Part shown: in pieces, positions 29,201-37,732 of the stretch | Layout: every line of letters begins with the position of its first letter | Numbering within the stretch: the first letter of the stretch is position 1 | DNA from: a virus | Virus record (IMG/VR): IMGVR_UViG_3300023180_006024 | Length of the DNA: 64,000 nt | Strand: one strand, 5' to 3' | The notes under the pieces: generated by a model | Databases searched by the model: none | Seen by the model: only the letters and a program-made list of their open reading frames with translations | Told to the model about the DNA's origin: nothing | Position numbers and translations under genes: made by a program

Positions 29201-32200
29201 GCTGGCTCACCGCTTGTGTCTTGTGTAGTATCGTTACCGGTTGATCTACTTACAGCACCTTCTAAAACAACTTGACTTACAACTGTTTTTAATCTATCGT
29301 ATGCAGCAGTTGTTGCTTCTATTTCGTCTGAATCTGTTCCTAGCTGGTTTGCAGTACCAACAAAATATGCCTCTGCTGCAACTCTTGTTTGAGTATTACC
29401 GCCATATAAAACATCATACGCAAGTGCATCTACAATGTAACCAACATCTCTTTTACATTTTCTTTCATTGTAACCATTGCCGTTGTTATAAACGGATGGA
29501 TAAGTAATGTTTACCCATGCTGCTATCTCATCTTTTATAAACTCTTTGTTTGCAACCAGTTGTGCATTTGCATTTACTTTAGCATCATTTATACCAGTTG
29601 GTGCAGGGTAAGTAACTGTATCTGCATTTGTAATGTTTACATCTATTTCTTCTAAAACATCTACTTTGATAGCAGGCATATTATCTTGCCAGTTGTTGAA
29701 GGCAAATATCAAGTCTGCATCAGTGATATGTGAAATACTTGGCTCTGTAAGTGTTGGTAATACATTTGTATTTCCTGCTTCAATAACATCAATTACAACC
29801 TGTACAAGAGTACCAACTTCATCAACTTCTGTTGATGTTGCTGGATTAGTAGTTGTTTGTTGCCCCGAATAGGTTTCTAATATTATGTTTTGCATAATAT
29901 TAATCAGTTCGTTGTATGCAGCTATCGTGGCTGTTATCTCATCAGCACTTCCTAACTGACTTACTGTGCCTACTAGGTATGCATCAGCAGCTCTTCTTGT
30001 TGCAAAGTTGCCTCCATACTGAACGTCAAAACACACTGCGTCTGTGATAAATTTTACATCTCTTTCACATTTTACACTGTCGTATGTTAAACTTGGAAAG
30101 TTTGCAGCAATCCAAGTTGTAAGTTCAGTTGCAATATAGCCTCTGTTAAGTTGCAATAGTTCTCTTGCATATCTTTTGTTTACATCGACACCCGGATCTG
30201 TAAAAGTAATAGTATCTACAACATTTTCATCTTGACTACTATCAGCATTTTGTATGATATCGAGTATTTCGTCGAATGCTGCATCACTTCTTGTTACTGC
30301 TGTGCTACTAGATTCCATATAAGTTTCTGCACTAATGGTTTTCATGTATTCGTATGCACGTACAGTTTGTTGAGATTGGTTGCTCAACAAATATCCACTA
30401 TTAGCTCTTTGGTAACTCAATCCTGTTGTGACTGCATTGTAGTTTGTATTTAAAATAACATCCCATGCTACGCTATCAACAATGTAACCTATATCTCTTT
30501 CACACTTTTCTTTATTGAAGTTTAAACCTGTGAAAATATCTAAAAACTCTGTGAATAAGTTGTTAACTCTTGTTGTTGCTGTTGCACTTGCTGCAACATC
30601 TCCTAATGCAAGAATACTGTCCCTTGTATTTTCAAATGTTGCTTTTGAAACTGTAAACTGTACATCCGAAGATACAACACTTGCATTTGCTCTTGCATAA
30701 CTTACTGCTGCTGTTATTGTTCTAGAGTTACTGCCTGTTGCAATATCATAACCAATAGCTTCAACTAATAATCTAGTATCTCTTTCACATTTACTTTGAT
30801 TATAAGACAAGTTTGTAAACTGTGTACTAATATAGTTTGTAAGTTCGTCTACAATAAAGTCTTTGTTGGCTACAATATTATCTGCTGCTGCTCTTGTGCC
30901 TTCATCGATTGTAGTAATACTTCCTAAATCGATATCAGGAGCCGCAGTACTATCACCTTGATTTAAGTATGAAACTATTTCTGCAAAACGTTCAATAATA
31001 TAATATCTTGCATCTTCATTTGCAGGATCACTATCAGGAATACGAGCAAGCATTTCGTCTCTTGCTGCTTCAATACCGTAAATAGTTGGAGCAAGTTGTG
31101 CTGCAAGAACTTTATTTGCTCTTGCACGTAAATAACTTCTACCTGCTGCAATACTTTGATAGTTAGTTCCCATAACTAGATCACCAGCAACTGCATCTAC
31201 AATGCGTTGTGTGTCTCTACGACAGACAGCTTCGTCATATATAAACGGTTGTTGTGTAATATCATTTGCAGTTACATAATATGCATTTGAATCGCCAGGA
31301 AACTGTAATATACTACCAGTTTGTGGAATATCTCTCAAACCATTAACTTGAATGATTCTATTTGTAACAAGGTTAGCTGTAGCTGTTGCAATAACGTCAA
31401 ACCCGCCGCCAACAAATCTTACATCAGGTATTCTATCATAACCAGTACCGCCGTTTACTATTGTAACAGCAGAAATCTGTCCAGTTGTTGCATCAAGCGA
31501 TGCTGTACCAGTAGCCGTTATACCATTAGGATCTCCTAAAGGTGGATCAAACTCAACAGTAGGTACACTAGTATATCCTGCACCTGTACTATTTACTGTA
31601 ACACTACCTACACTTGAAAAATAATCCTGTGTTGGTCTAGCATTAGTAAATACTTTATCAAATAATCCGTCAGCAATGATAGCATAAGTTCCAAAGTCAC
31701 TAACACTGTTTGAAATACTTAGATATCCGCCTTTTGTTGCTTGGAAACCAACTCTTGTAAAAACAGAGAAGCAGCTAACAATCTGTGTATAACCTTCATT
31801 TGTAATGTGGAAACCAATACCACCTTGTGCAATCTGTGTAAATGCGTCAGCAACAAATGATTTAACCAAACTGTTTGGATCATATTGATTACCATCAACC
31901 AACATACCATTACCGCCGCCAGTTGTGTTAACACGTTTTGCTAGTGGAACTGTAGGATCATTCTCAATAGGCCTTGCACCTGGTGCAACACCTTCGATTT
32001 GTACAGTTTCAAATGGTATAAACTCAGTTCCGTCATTTAACCAAGGACCATTCATGTTTGTACAGTTTTGAACATAAGGTGACACAGTAACAAGTGCACC
32101 TGGTTTGATTTCAGCACACCAACCTGGATCTCTTAGTGCACGGAAAGTAAGTTGAAACAAATAACACGCATTATCCATATAAAATATAGTTTCTGTATTA

Positions 32201-32589
32201 TTTTTTGGATAAATTTGAGTATTACGTAAACTATCACCTCTAACAGTTTGTCTTGCTTTTAGTGTAATAGGGTTTTCTTCATAAAAGTCTCCGGCAGCAA
32301 CATGTATTGTAGCACCAGCAGGAGCTGCTTCAACCGCTGCTTTAACAGTTCTTTTTGCTTGCCCCGGTCCTGCACCTTTACCGTTGTTACTATCGTTACC
32401 TTGTAAACTCACATAGTAAACATTATCATTTGTTGCGCCAGGCGAGTTTCCTGTTACATTTAGATTACCTGTTATTGTAACATCTTTTCCTGGCAACGGT
32501 GTAAGTTCAATACTACCATCTGCGTTCAAAACAAACGATTGATTGTTTACTTTTCTTTCGTGTAATATCTGCTTCTTTATGTACTTCAT
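23290..32589 (-). CDS. Giant virion fibre/structural protein (3099 aa), paralogue of the 3939-aa fibre
   Basis: Shares the YVS..G.D.N.G beta-helix-like module, SPY.QNC, H..EY.G.G..YNALP and FEGYDG..W..LGG modules with 11363..23182. Carries ten CxRD repeats. Confidence 0.8.
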   Translation of the reverse strand: MKYIKKQILHERKVNNQSFVLNADGSIELTPLPGKDVTITGNLNVTGNSPGATNDNVYYVSLQGNDSNNGKGAGPGQAKRTVKAAVEAAPAGATIHVAAGDFYEENPITLKARQTVRGDSLRNTQIYPKNNTETIFYMDNACYLFQLTFRALRDPGWCAEIKPGALVTVSPYVQNCTNMNGPWLNDGTEFIPFETVQIEGVAPGARPIENDPTVPLAKRVNTTGGGNGMLVDGNQYDPNSLVKSFVADAFTQIAQGGIGFHITNEGYTQIVSCFSVFTRVGFQATKGGYLSISNSVSDFGTYAIIADGLFDKVFTNARPTQDYFSSVGSVTVNSTGAGYTSVPTVEFDPPLGDPNGITATGTASLDATTGQISAVTIVNGGTGYDRIPDVRFVGGGFDVIATATANLVTNRIIQVNGLRDIPQTGSILQFPGDSNAYYVTANDITQQPFIYDEAVCRRDTQRIVDAVAGDLVMGTNYQSIAAGRSYLRARANKVLAAQLAPTIYGIEAARDEMLARIPDSDPANEDARYYIIERFAEIVSYLNQGDSTAAPDIDLGSITTIDEGTRAAADNIVANKDFIVDELTNYISTQFTNLSYNQSKCERDTRLLVEAIGYDIATGSNSRTITAAVSYARANASVVSSDVQFTVSKATFENTRDSILALGDVAASATATTRVNNLFTEFLDIFTGLNFNKEKCERDIGYIVDSVAWDVILNTNYNAVTTGLSYQRANSGYLLSNQSQQTVRAYEYMKTISAETYMESSSTAVTRSDAAFDEILDIIQNADSSQDENVVDTITFTDPGVDVNKRYARELLQLNRGYIATELTTWIAANFPSLTYDSVKCERDVKFITDAVCFDVQYGGNFATRRAADAYLVGTVSQLGSADEITATIAAYNELINIMQNIILETYSGQQTTTNPATSTEVDEVGTLVQVVIDVIEAGNTNVLPTLTEPSISHITDADLIFAFNNWQDNMPAIKVDVLEEIDVNITNADTVTYPAPTGINDAKVNANAQLVANKEFIKDEIAAWVNITYPSVYNNGNGYNERKCKRDVGYIVDALAYDVLYGGNTQTRVAAEAYFVGTANQLGTDSDEIEATTAAYDRLKTVVSQVVLEGAVSRSTGNDTTQDTSGEPATGTESTILQQLVQIIIDVIDAGNLNNLPEQILPDISFAADDVEAAALTTYGQRNNLGEETTTFVLENYPDFTYDQTKCKRDVQLVLEAVIRDTRLGTNHNTIVAAQAYQRATATYFNVNQNPATIMALRYVKTQALAYAAADSVATTRITENFENFFNIVQYEVEPSEGTTFPSPTPASQERIDSARLLQDNRDFLIEETVLHINNQYFIYDATKCRRDSGLILDGIIKDLTLGTNYWAVLNGLSYRRANSAKVINDQLTETISAITRLKTQTIAVLTDAPSISAVSAAFDEVIDILTNGTANADALTWTSTGVNVDHTNARIQLQNNRKLIEDEVILWIRDNEPSLVYDEATCRRDLGYIIDAISHDLNYNTNLATKEAAKAYFVGTTSQLPADQRTATGNAMEQLGLITYDVLLEAYSGQDTSAGLVSSEEANKSTELANIIRDVVKANTLELLPADEALDDTWSSSNLLASKDLINTNRTALLDDNINYINTVLNGFSYDESKCRRDTGRIIDAATHDLLYLGNRSILIATRSYFDDGVIQVYGQESQTQDALEHLRDTAIQVIQGAAVVPEVGNPETQSISGTYGTSSESEELGELFDIVITAISDSDGLATTPQNSNPDVSWIEVGLSEAMINVENNISTIQEGTITYITDNIVSFDYDVAKCERDTAYIVDAAVYDMTFGGNKQTRRAAEAYYSNAVIAGQESITELSYRHLADVVEKVAQNLKVTATSGTTETQTYGTIGGSSTSGGYASLLINKIADVIEYGGTSYLPAEEDHHYDSLGPTSLVKQQREDILNDLDDIVDEAIRLLNIEYGGIANLTLFPGVVSVLEGTKGSMQRVSTVSTSGHAFEYVGAGITYNALPFFGGSPIAENEFVETDNGKVFAGGTVDQIGNFKVGNFFNVNALTGAITLNAEEINLSGIASIGPFKRFGIPVGVELQEVSNNADMTASTGVADINTVPTQVAVVTYVENRYLNKLTGGVVEGDVQFETDIAVDGGDLSTTSTVFNLINDNASTVNFAGGATSIVIGADTVGLTEIKHDLDVTGTLDVGGNTTIVGDFDLTLPDETQQAFNVSMSTEDYISIDTRNALENITFGVIPTVSVLNDKESPNKTDGAFTVAGGVGIGKNLNVGGDIFFEGTIVSTDSASLSLFNDTAGTVEAFGDATEITIGSAGIVPGNFTVENDYIRFTSVYNMKIPTGTTGERGLVPDEGYIRFNTDLGIFEGYDGIAWNTLGGVRDVDGNTYIEAESSPGSNENELSFVTDGLERMNLSTTSFRLDDTITSITFEGTTQSDSPDSGLLVIEGGMGIEKNLNVRGDLRVYNNTVLNGALDVDGSVTIGTNDSVVDNLTVNANATYNVYDATTGAFEILEGANSYFKVNTTDGAEQVLFGVNPVIRIQNTTEATDSNTGALVVSGGVGINGNVFVTGNMQVDGSLTFGDDAVLDAINVAGDADFNIPDNTAEAFTVRQASASYINVDTQNTTENITFGATPKIVIQNVTDSVDKDTGALVVEGGVGIEKNLTVGVDVVVDRNIEAAGDVAVNGGDITTTATTFNLANANATTVNAFGDATSITFGAETGTITFNNENFIFDSTASLQLPAGTTAQRTSPVTGQIRFNTDDTLFEGYDGTAWGSLGGVKDVDQDTFIRPETAPGSDEDTLEFFTNGVKRLTLTQTDLDIDSSIQVDIANTSTSYRYDTGALTIAGGLGVAENLFVQGFIGGDTTGTLQLTDLYTDKLLIKAGTIETPDDFKIVSNAPDSAADDIVYPVTLAHHSVSGTPVAGSGVGMKFELETTNSNFETGVQFDVIAQDVTGGQEDFDFVVSNMIAGSLVEKLRISENTTTITTDLQIDQDLFVTGILDASGFRGSVFADDSTEIIDSINNRLIVVNADVGTLTLTTDLEVQYGGTGVSTFTTDGILYGNAADPVQVTAAAGTADATDSFQILTVTSDVDATPVWTDTIDGGSF

Positions 32590-32921
32590 TATACTTCCAA
32601 ATAACTAATAGTAGCACTTAGTTTGTCGTCGTCAGGGCTGTTCAAAATAACCCTATCGCCTGCTTCCAATATCAGTCTTTCAACATTAAATGTAAATGTT
32701 TCTTGAGCTGGTAAAGATATACTATTCAATATTAAATTTTCGTTTGATTTAACTCCTCCAGATCCTTTAATAACATGCATATTAAAAGAACTATCGTTTA
32801 TACTGTTAGACGATGACGCATAGTTACAAACAAGTAATGTTGTGATAGCATACTTTTTGTCAGCAGGAACCGATAATGCCGTTGTGTCAGTTGATAGTAT
32901 TGATACATTGTTTATTGCCAT
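32589..32921 (-). CDS. Small putative virion protein
   Basis: 110-aa beta-rich ORF, stop/start overlap with the giant gene. Confidence 0.65.
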   Translation of the reverse strand: MAINNVSILSTDTTALSVPADKKYAITTLLVCNYASSSNSINDSSFNMHVIKGSGGVKSNENLILNSISLPAQETFTFNVERLILEAGDRVILNSPDDDKLSATISYLEV

Positions 32922-32932
32922 AATCTAATCCT

Positions 32933-33961
32933 TTAAAAAATAATACTGTAAAGTAATGCTTTGTTCCTACTAATCAATTCGTCGTTTGTGCTGTTTTCAT
33001 TAATAAAAAACAAACCTGTACCGCCGTCTGCTTCAGTCTTTGAATACAACTTTATACCATCAGTTGGTGCAGTTGGGTCTGTTTGTTTTTCTATTTCAAA
33101 CGGAAACCCTGTAATAATACTGCCTGTTCCATTGGCTGATATCCTCAAGTTACCATCAAGATTTGTTGTTTCCAAATCTCCAGTGCTAAAACGATAATCG
33201 AATATATCTGCATATGATGCTTTAAAAGTTGCTGTAACAATATTGTCTATTTGAATATCAACGCTGCTTACAGTAACATCTGGATCATCTGCATCAAATG
33301 CAGTTACCCTTGTGTCACTATCTTGAAGTGCGGCAATAGTATCTTGGAAGTTCCTTGAGTTATATGCCTTGACATAATCTTTTACAGATTTGACGTTTGG
33401 TATTGCATCGTCGTCAACTGGTGGTTGTAATCTGTCGTCAGTGCTTGGGTTTCCTTGTATTGCACCACTAACATACGGAAATAGTTGTTGTTCGTAGTCT
33501 ACTGTGCCTGTAACACTTAGAAATCCTGTTGAGTTTTCTCCTAAGAGATACAGATTTTGATCATCTGCTGTTTTAATACTTGCAACATGAATACCTAGGA
33601 AATCACCATTGTCATTTGTAAAACTAAATGCACCTGGCTGACTATCATTACCACCCGAGTCAATAGTTGTTAATCTTTCATCAAATAGTAGGTTAGCAAA
33701 AGTTAAAGTTCCTCTATCTATAATCAAGCCGGCAGTGTTTAATGAAACACCAGCGCCTGTTTCGCCGCTGTTGACTGTAATAGTATTATCAGATACTACC
33801 AAGTCACTAGAGCCAACAGTTGTTGTTTCACCTTGCACATTTAAGTTTCCATTAACGAATACTGTGCCTGTGCCGTCACCTGTATCAAATGTAAAGTTGC
33901 CTCCGTCGGAGATCTTTACTTTGTATTCGCTTACTTGATCATACTGTTGTAACTTTAACAT
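32933..33961 (-). CDS. Putative virion/fibre-associated structural protein
   Basis: GNLNVQGETTTV...VSDNTITVN motif shared with the fibre proteins; GGAG RBS. Confidence 0.65.
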   Translation of the reverse strand: MLKLQQYDQVSEYKVKISDGGNFTFDTGDGTGTVFVNGNLNVQGETTTVGSSDLVVSDNTITVNSGETGAGVSLNTAGLIIDRGTLTFANLLFDERLTTIDSGGNDSQPGAFSFTNDNGDFLGIHVASIKTADDQNLYLLGENSTGFLSVTGTVDYEQQLFPYVSGAIQGNPSTDDRLQPPVDDDAIPNVKSVKDYVKAYNSRNFQDTIAALQDSDTRVTAFDADDPDVTVSSVDIQIDNIVTATFKASYADIFDYRFSTGDLETTNLDGNLRISANGTGSIITGFPFEIEKQTDPTAPTDGIKLYSKTEADGGTGLFFINENSTNDELISRNKALLYSIIF

Positions 33962-33971
33962 GTATCACTCC

Positions 33972-34338
33972 TTAGATAGCTGTAAGTCTAAGTAATGATT
34001 CTGTTGAGTCGTCTTCTGCTGTCCATGTATAACGATTGTTGTTGAAGTCTACTGCTGTTCTGTTAAACAACTTTTTGATTGCAATAGCACCACCGCCATC
34101 AACAATACCAATGATTTGGCATTCGCCGTTTGCATTTGGTGCAGAACCATCCGAAGTTAATGTGCATACTTCAGTGACTGAATCACCGTCATTTGAACAG
34201 TTAAACTTGTTTGTTGCTCTTTGTGAAAGAATTTTTCCTTCATACAAACTTCCACCTGAGTAGAAGCGGATTGGAACTGTAGGTGCTGCATCAACACCAG
34301 TTGCTCCGAAGTTTCTTTTATTTACTGGACGTCCCATT
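33972..34338 (-). CDS. Hypothetical virion protein (likely start MGRPVNKRNFG at 34338)
   Basis: AAGGAG lies just upstream of the ATG at 34338. The longer start at 34418 runs through a structured leader. Confidence 0.65.
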
Positions 34339-34459
34339 GTTTTCTCCTTATGTTGACGTTCTAGGTCTACGGGGTTGGGTCCCCATAAGTCCTCATCGTG
34401 AGGCTCTCCTCTTGACATAAGTATTTATCTTTTTCGTAAAAATGGGTTATAATGTCCGT

Positions 34460-34490
34460 AAAAAAAGGCCTACCGTAGTAGACCTTTTTT
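34460..34490. terminator. Rho-independent terminator (bidirectional)
   Basis: AAAAAAGGCCTAC-cgta-GTAGACCTTTTTT. Confidence 0.8.
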
Positions 34491-34712
34491 AATAGTGATA
34501 GGTAGGACTAAGGATTACCTACAAGTGCCGTGACATATCCTGTCTACATAACTAGCACAACCTCACAATAGAATGGTTAGTTCTACTTTCTCTGCAACGC
34601 CTTGTCTCCAAAGTCTTACAGCGCCACCACAGCGTGTGAGTCAAGTTAATGCCTATGTGAAGCATCGTTTCCTTGCACTATCTAACTCGGACCGTCGTCT
34701 TTGTTATGTACT
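34460..34712 (-). ncRNA. Candidate ~250-nt structured non-coding RNA
   Basis: No tracked ORF. Bounded by a TTGACC-N17-TATATT promoter and a terminator, with several internal stems. Confidence 0.5.
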
Positions 34713-34713
34713 T

Positions 34714-34742
34714 AATATAGCAAAAGAATAAGCTAAGGTCAA
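34714..34742 (-). promoter_or_regulatory. Sigma70-like promoter
   Basis: TTGACC-ttagcttattcttttgc(17)-TATATT on the minus strand. Confidence 0.7.
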
Positions 34743-34763
34743 CCACTTTTTTTAAAAAAGTCA

Positions 34764-34792
34764 TAAAAAAAGGCCCCGTAGAGCCTTTTTTC
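34764..34792 (-). terminator. Terminator after the major capsid gene
   Basis: AAAAAAGGC-cccgtaga-GCCTTTTTT, just downstream of the gp23 stop. Confidence 0.8.
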
Positions 34793-34810
34793 TTATTTTT
34801 AAAATAAAAC

Positions 34811-35983
34811 TTAGCTGAAGCTTAGGTTTGCAGAAGTAACTTCTACTTTTTCTAGGTAGTCAGCTGCGTTACCAAGTGAAGACGCTGTGTTTGAAAGCTC
34901 AACATAACCGTAACGAGTCATGAAGCTCACGACTGGTTCGAATGTTGTTGGATCAAGTACAACACCGCTTGACATCAATGGGATGTATGGGCAGTAGAAT
35001 GCTGCTGCGTCTGATTCAGATGAACCTTTGTAACCTACAAGTACATCATCGTCGTCTGCATATGTGTTAACATAAATGCGCATTGCGTTGTTTAGTGTAC
35101 CAACCATTTTTGTGTTTGTTGGTGCTTCAAATGAACCTTCAGTAGTACGTGCAAACGCTGATGTTGTTGCTGATTGTAGTACTGTTAAGATTGCTGGTGA
35201 TACAACAGCCCAGTTACCTGCGCCTCTACGTGTACGTTGTGCGATACGGTTTGCTGCACGGTTAACTAGAACCGCTAATGCTGCATGTTCGTCACCAACG
35301 AATGTAGCTGTACCAGATACACCTGCTTGGTTGTATGTGTCTGTACCTGTACCTGCAAGTGTTGCTAGGCTACGTAGTACTTCTTGGTCGATTTCAGCAG
35401 TAATCTCTTGTGCAAGTGCTGCCATGATTTCTGCTTCTACGTCGATACCGTGTTGTGACTGAGCGTCTTGAGCTGACTCAAATGTCCAACGTGCTGATAG
35501 CTTACGTGATTTAGCTTCAACAGTTTGCTTCAAGATTTGGATGCTTAGTCTATTACCAGCTGTACCTTCTTTTGTTGCAGTTGCGTCTGCTTTACCATTT
35601 GCATTACCTGAATAACCTTCAGCAATTTTAAATGGTGAAAGTGCTTCTTCACCTGCTGTTGTTGATCCACCTGCTGTACCTGTGAACGCATCTGCATAGC
35701 GTACACGCAATGTGTGAATCTGGCCAACTGGACCAGTCATTGGTTGAACACCAACGATTTCGTTCGCGATCACTGTTGGCATAACACGTCTGATTACTGG
35801 TAGAATCACACGGTTTAATGTTGCTACGTTACCTGCAGAAGTTGCACCCGCTGTTGCTGTCTCCATCAAATGCTTACGAGTATTTTCAAGAGTTGTTTCC
35901 ATAACAGCTTTTTTGTTGCCTGAAAGGCCTTCGACTAGGGCACCTTTGGTCTCCTGCCAGCGACTTTCTAATAGTTCTGACAT
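34811..35983 (-). CDS. gp23: Major capsid protein (T4 gp23-like)
   Basis: LPVIRRVMP..IANEIVGVQPMTGPVGQIHTLR; VEAKSRKLSARWTFE.AQD; EITAEIDQE; FYCPYIPL; TRYG. Confidence 0.97.
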   Translation of the reverse strand: MSELLESRWQETKGALVEGLSGNKKAVMETTLENTRKHLMETATAGATSAGNVATLNRVILPVIRRVMPTVIANEIVGVQPMTGPVGQIHTLRVRYADAFTGTAGGSTTAGEEALSPFKIAEGYSGNANGKADATATKEGTAGNRLSIQILKQTVEAKSRKLSARWTFESAQDAQSQHGIDVEAEIMAALAQEITAEIDQEVLRSLATLAGTGTDTYNQAGVSGTATFVGDEHAALAVLVNRAANRIAQRTRRGAGNWAVVSPAILTVLQSATTSAFARTTEGSFEAPTNTKMVGTLNNAMRIYVNTYADDDDVLVGYKGSSESDAAAFYCPYIPLMSSGVVLDPTTFEPVVSFMTRYGYVELSNTASSLGNAADYLEKVEVTSANLSFS

Positions 35984-35995
35984 AATGTTTCTCCT

Positions 35996-37087
35996 TTATA
36001 ATCCAGCTAGACGCTTAATATCAATGACATTTTTGTCATTTGCGTCTGCTTCATTATTGAACTTTTCTTTTCTGTTGCCTGTAATTTCTTTGCCTTCTGT
36101 TAATGGTGCCTTCTGCTTTGCTGGGCTCTTACCATCAATAACCGATGGTAGGTATTTGTCAAACGATTCACGTAGTTTCTTCGTTTGAACTGTTTCCAGT
36201 AAATCTGTCATGATTTCTCGCTGATCTTTACCTAATGGTGCAATCAACTCGTTCATTACTTTTGTACGCTCTTGCGCTTCTACAAGACGAGATACTTCTT
36301 GATCTTTTACTTCAGCAATATCTTTTGCTTTAGCAGCAAGATCTTTTGCCTCAGATAGTAGTTTGTCTTTAGCTGCAAGAACTTTTAATAGTTTTTGAGT
36401 TTCTGATTTTTCGTTCAAATGCGATGACATGTACTCATTTGCAAATGCTTCAAAAATCTTACGCCCAAAATCATTTTGGCGTGCTGAATCAATGTCTTCT
36501 TTCAACTGCGAAATCTCATTTGTCAATGCTTTTTCAACAGTTTCTGAAATCATTGCTGCACTTTTTTGAATAAAGTTTGTTTTAACTTTATTTAGGTGGT
36601 CTTTGCTTTCACGTACTAAACGTACTTTTGTTTCAGCAAGATCTTTTTTGTCTTCTTGGAACTCTGCAATCTCTTGTGAAAGTTGATCTACAACAAACTC
36701 TTCAAGAACAGCAAACTTGCTTGCCATTGCTCTTTGATCTTCGTGTAGTTCATTAACTTCTTTTGCTAAGTTTTCTGTTACAAATCTTTGCAACATACTT
36801 GCATTTTCTTTCATTGCTACTGCATATTTTGCTTTTTGTTCTGCAAGTTGTTTACGATCTTCATGGAACTCTGTCATTTCCTCAGCTAGTTTTTCAGTAA
36901 CTAGTGCGTCAACGGCTTCAACCATAACACCTTTATCGTGCTCGTATTTTTTTGCAAACTCTTCACGCAGTTCAGCAGTTACAGCCACACGATTTTCATT
37001 AACTTTTGAATCAAAAGCTTCTTGAATTTCGGCAGCCATTTGCTCTGTGATTGCTTCGCTCTCTAAAAGGGATTTAAGTGCTTCCAT
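35996..37087 (-). CDS. gp22: Prohead core scaffolding protein (gp22-like)
   Basis: Glu/Lys-rich coiled coil between the protease and capsid genes. Confidence 0.85.
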   Translation of the reverse strand: MEALKSLLESEAITEQMAAEIQEAFDSKVNENRVAVTAELREEFAKKYEHDKGVMVEAVDALVTEKLAEEMTEFHEDRKQLAEQKAKYAVAMKENASMLQRFVTENLAKEVNELHEDQRAMASKFAVLEEFVVDQLSQEIAEFQEDKKDLAETKVRLVRESKDHLNKVKTNFIQKSAAMISETVEKALTNEISQLKEDIDSARQNDFGRKIFEAFANEYMSSHLNEKSETQKLLKVLAAKDKLLSEAKDLAAKAKDIAEVKDQEVSRLVEAQERTKVMNELIAPLGKDQREIMTDLLETVQTKKLRESFDKYLPSVIDGKSPAKQKAPLTEGKEITGNRKEKFNNEADANDKNVIDIKRLAGL

Positions 37088-37099
37088 TGTATTCTCCTT

Positions 37100-37720
37100 T
37101 TATTGGAGCCTGCTTATTATATCTAATAAGCTCTCTTTGATGTATTTTTTTGCCTTTGGGTCGCCTGTTACTTCTTTAGAAGTTAATAATGCCTTGTATC
37201 CACCTTTTTCGTTCATTATATGCTCGTAAATTGGTGTAGGATACGCACCGGGGGCGCTGGGCTGAGCCACAACGTCCACAGTGATTATTTCAAAGCCCGA
37301 AACATCTCCGGACTCGTTTACTTCACCGCTACCTCTAGATGAGACACCTAGTTTAACGCCGCTTTCTAGCATTGTTTTTACTAGGCCTCCCATCGGAGTT
37401 GGTAGGATTTTTAGTTTTCCGTAACCATTTGGTCCGTCCATCCACATTTCTGTTACCATGTGACATACACGATCAAGGTTAATATTAAGTCCTTCAGGAT
37501 GATCAACTTCGCCTAAAACTGAGTAACCGCCGCTTATTTGCTCATTGAGCGTGGTGACAGCCCTGCCAATTTCTTCTACGGGATAAACACGCTGGTTAGC
37601 GTTTTTTACGCCGCCTTGAATGCAAATACCTTTCATGTAAAGATCTTTGCCTTCGTTGGCAGACTCAACGACCATTCTAGCTTGGTCAAAACTTAGATTT
37701 TCACGTAGTTGAAACATCAT
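37100..37720 (-). CDS. gp21: Prohead protease (gp21-like)
   Basis: KNANQRVYP, LGEVDHP, KLKILPTPMG, LGVSSRGSG, DVVAQPSAPGAY. Confidence 0.95.
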   Translation of the reverse strand: MMFQLRENLSFDQARMVVESANEGKDLYMKGICIQGGVKNANQRVYPVEEIGRAVTTLNEQISGGYSVLGEVDHPEGLNINLDRVCHMVTEMWMDGPNGYGKLKILPTPMGGLVKTMLESGVKLGVSSRGSGEVNESGDVSGFEIITVDVVAQPSAPGAYPTPIYEHIMNEKGGYKALLTSKEVTGDPKAKKYIKESLLDIISRLQ

Positions 37721-37732
37721 TTAGTCCTTATC

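Noticed and set aside
11895-31934. Many 60-260-aa ORFs antisense or out of frame within the two giant fibre genes
   Set aside because: Expected by-products of the codon bias in Thr/Gly/Ala-rich genes; no independent expression signals.
34339-34418. N-terminal extension MSRGEPHDEDLWGP... of the 148-aa ORF
   Set aside because: A strong AAGGAG precedes the internal ATG at 34338, and the extension coincides with hairpins, so it is better read as a leader.
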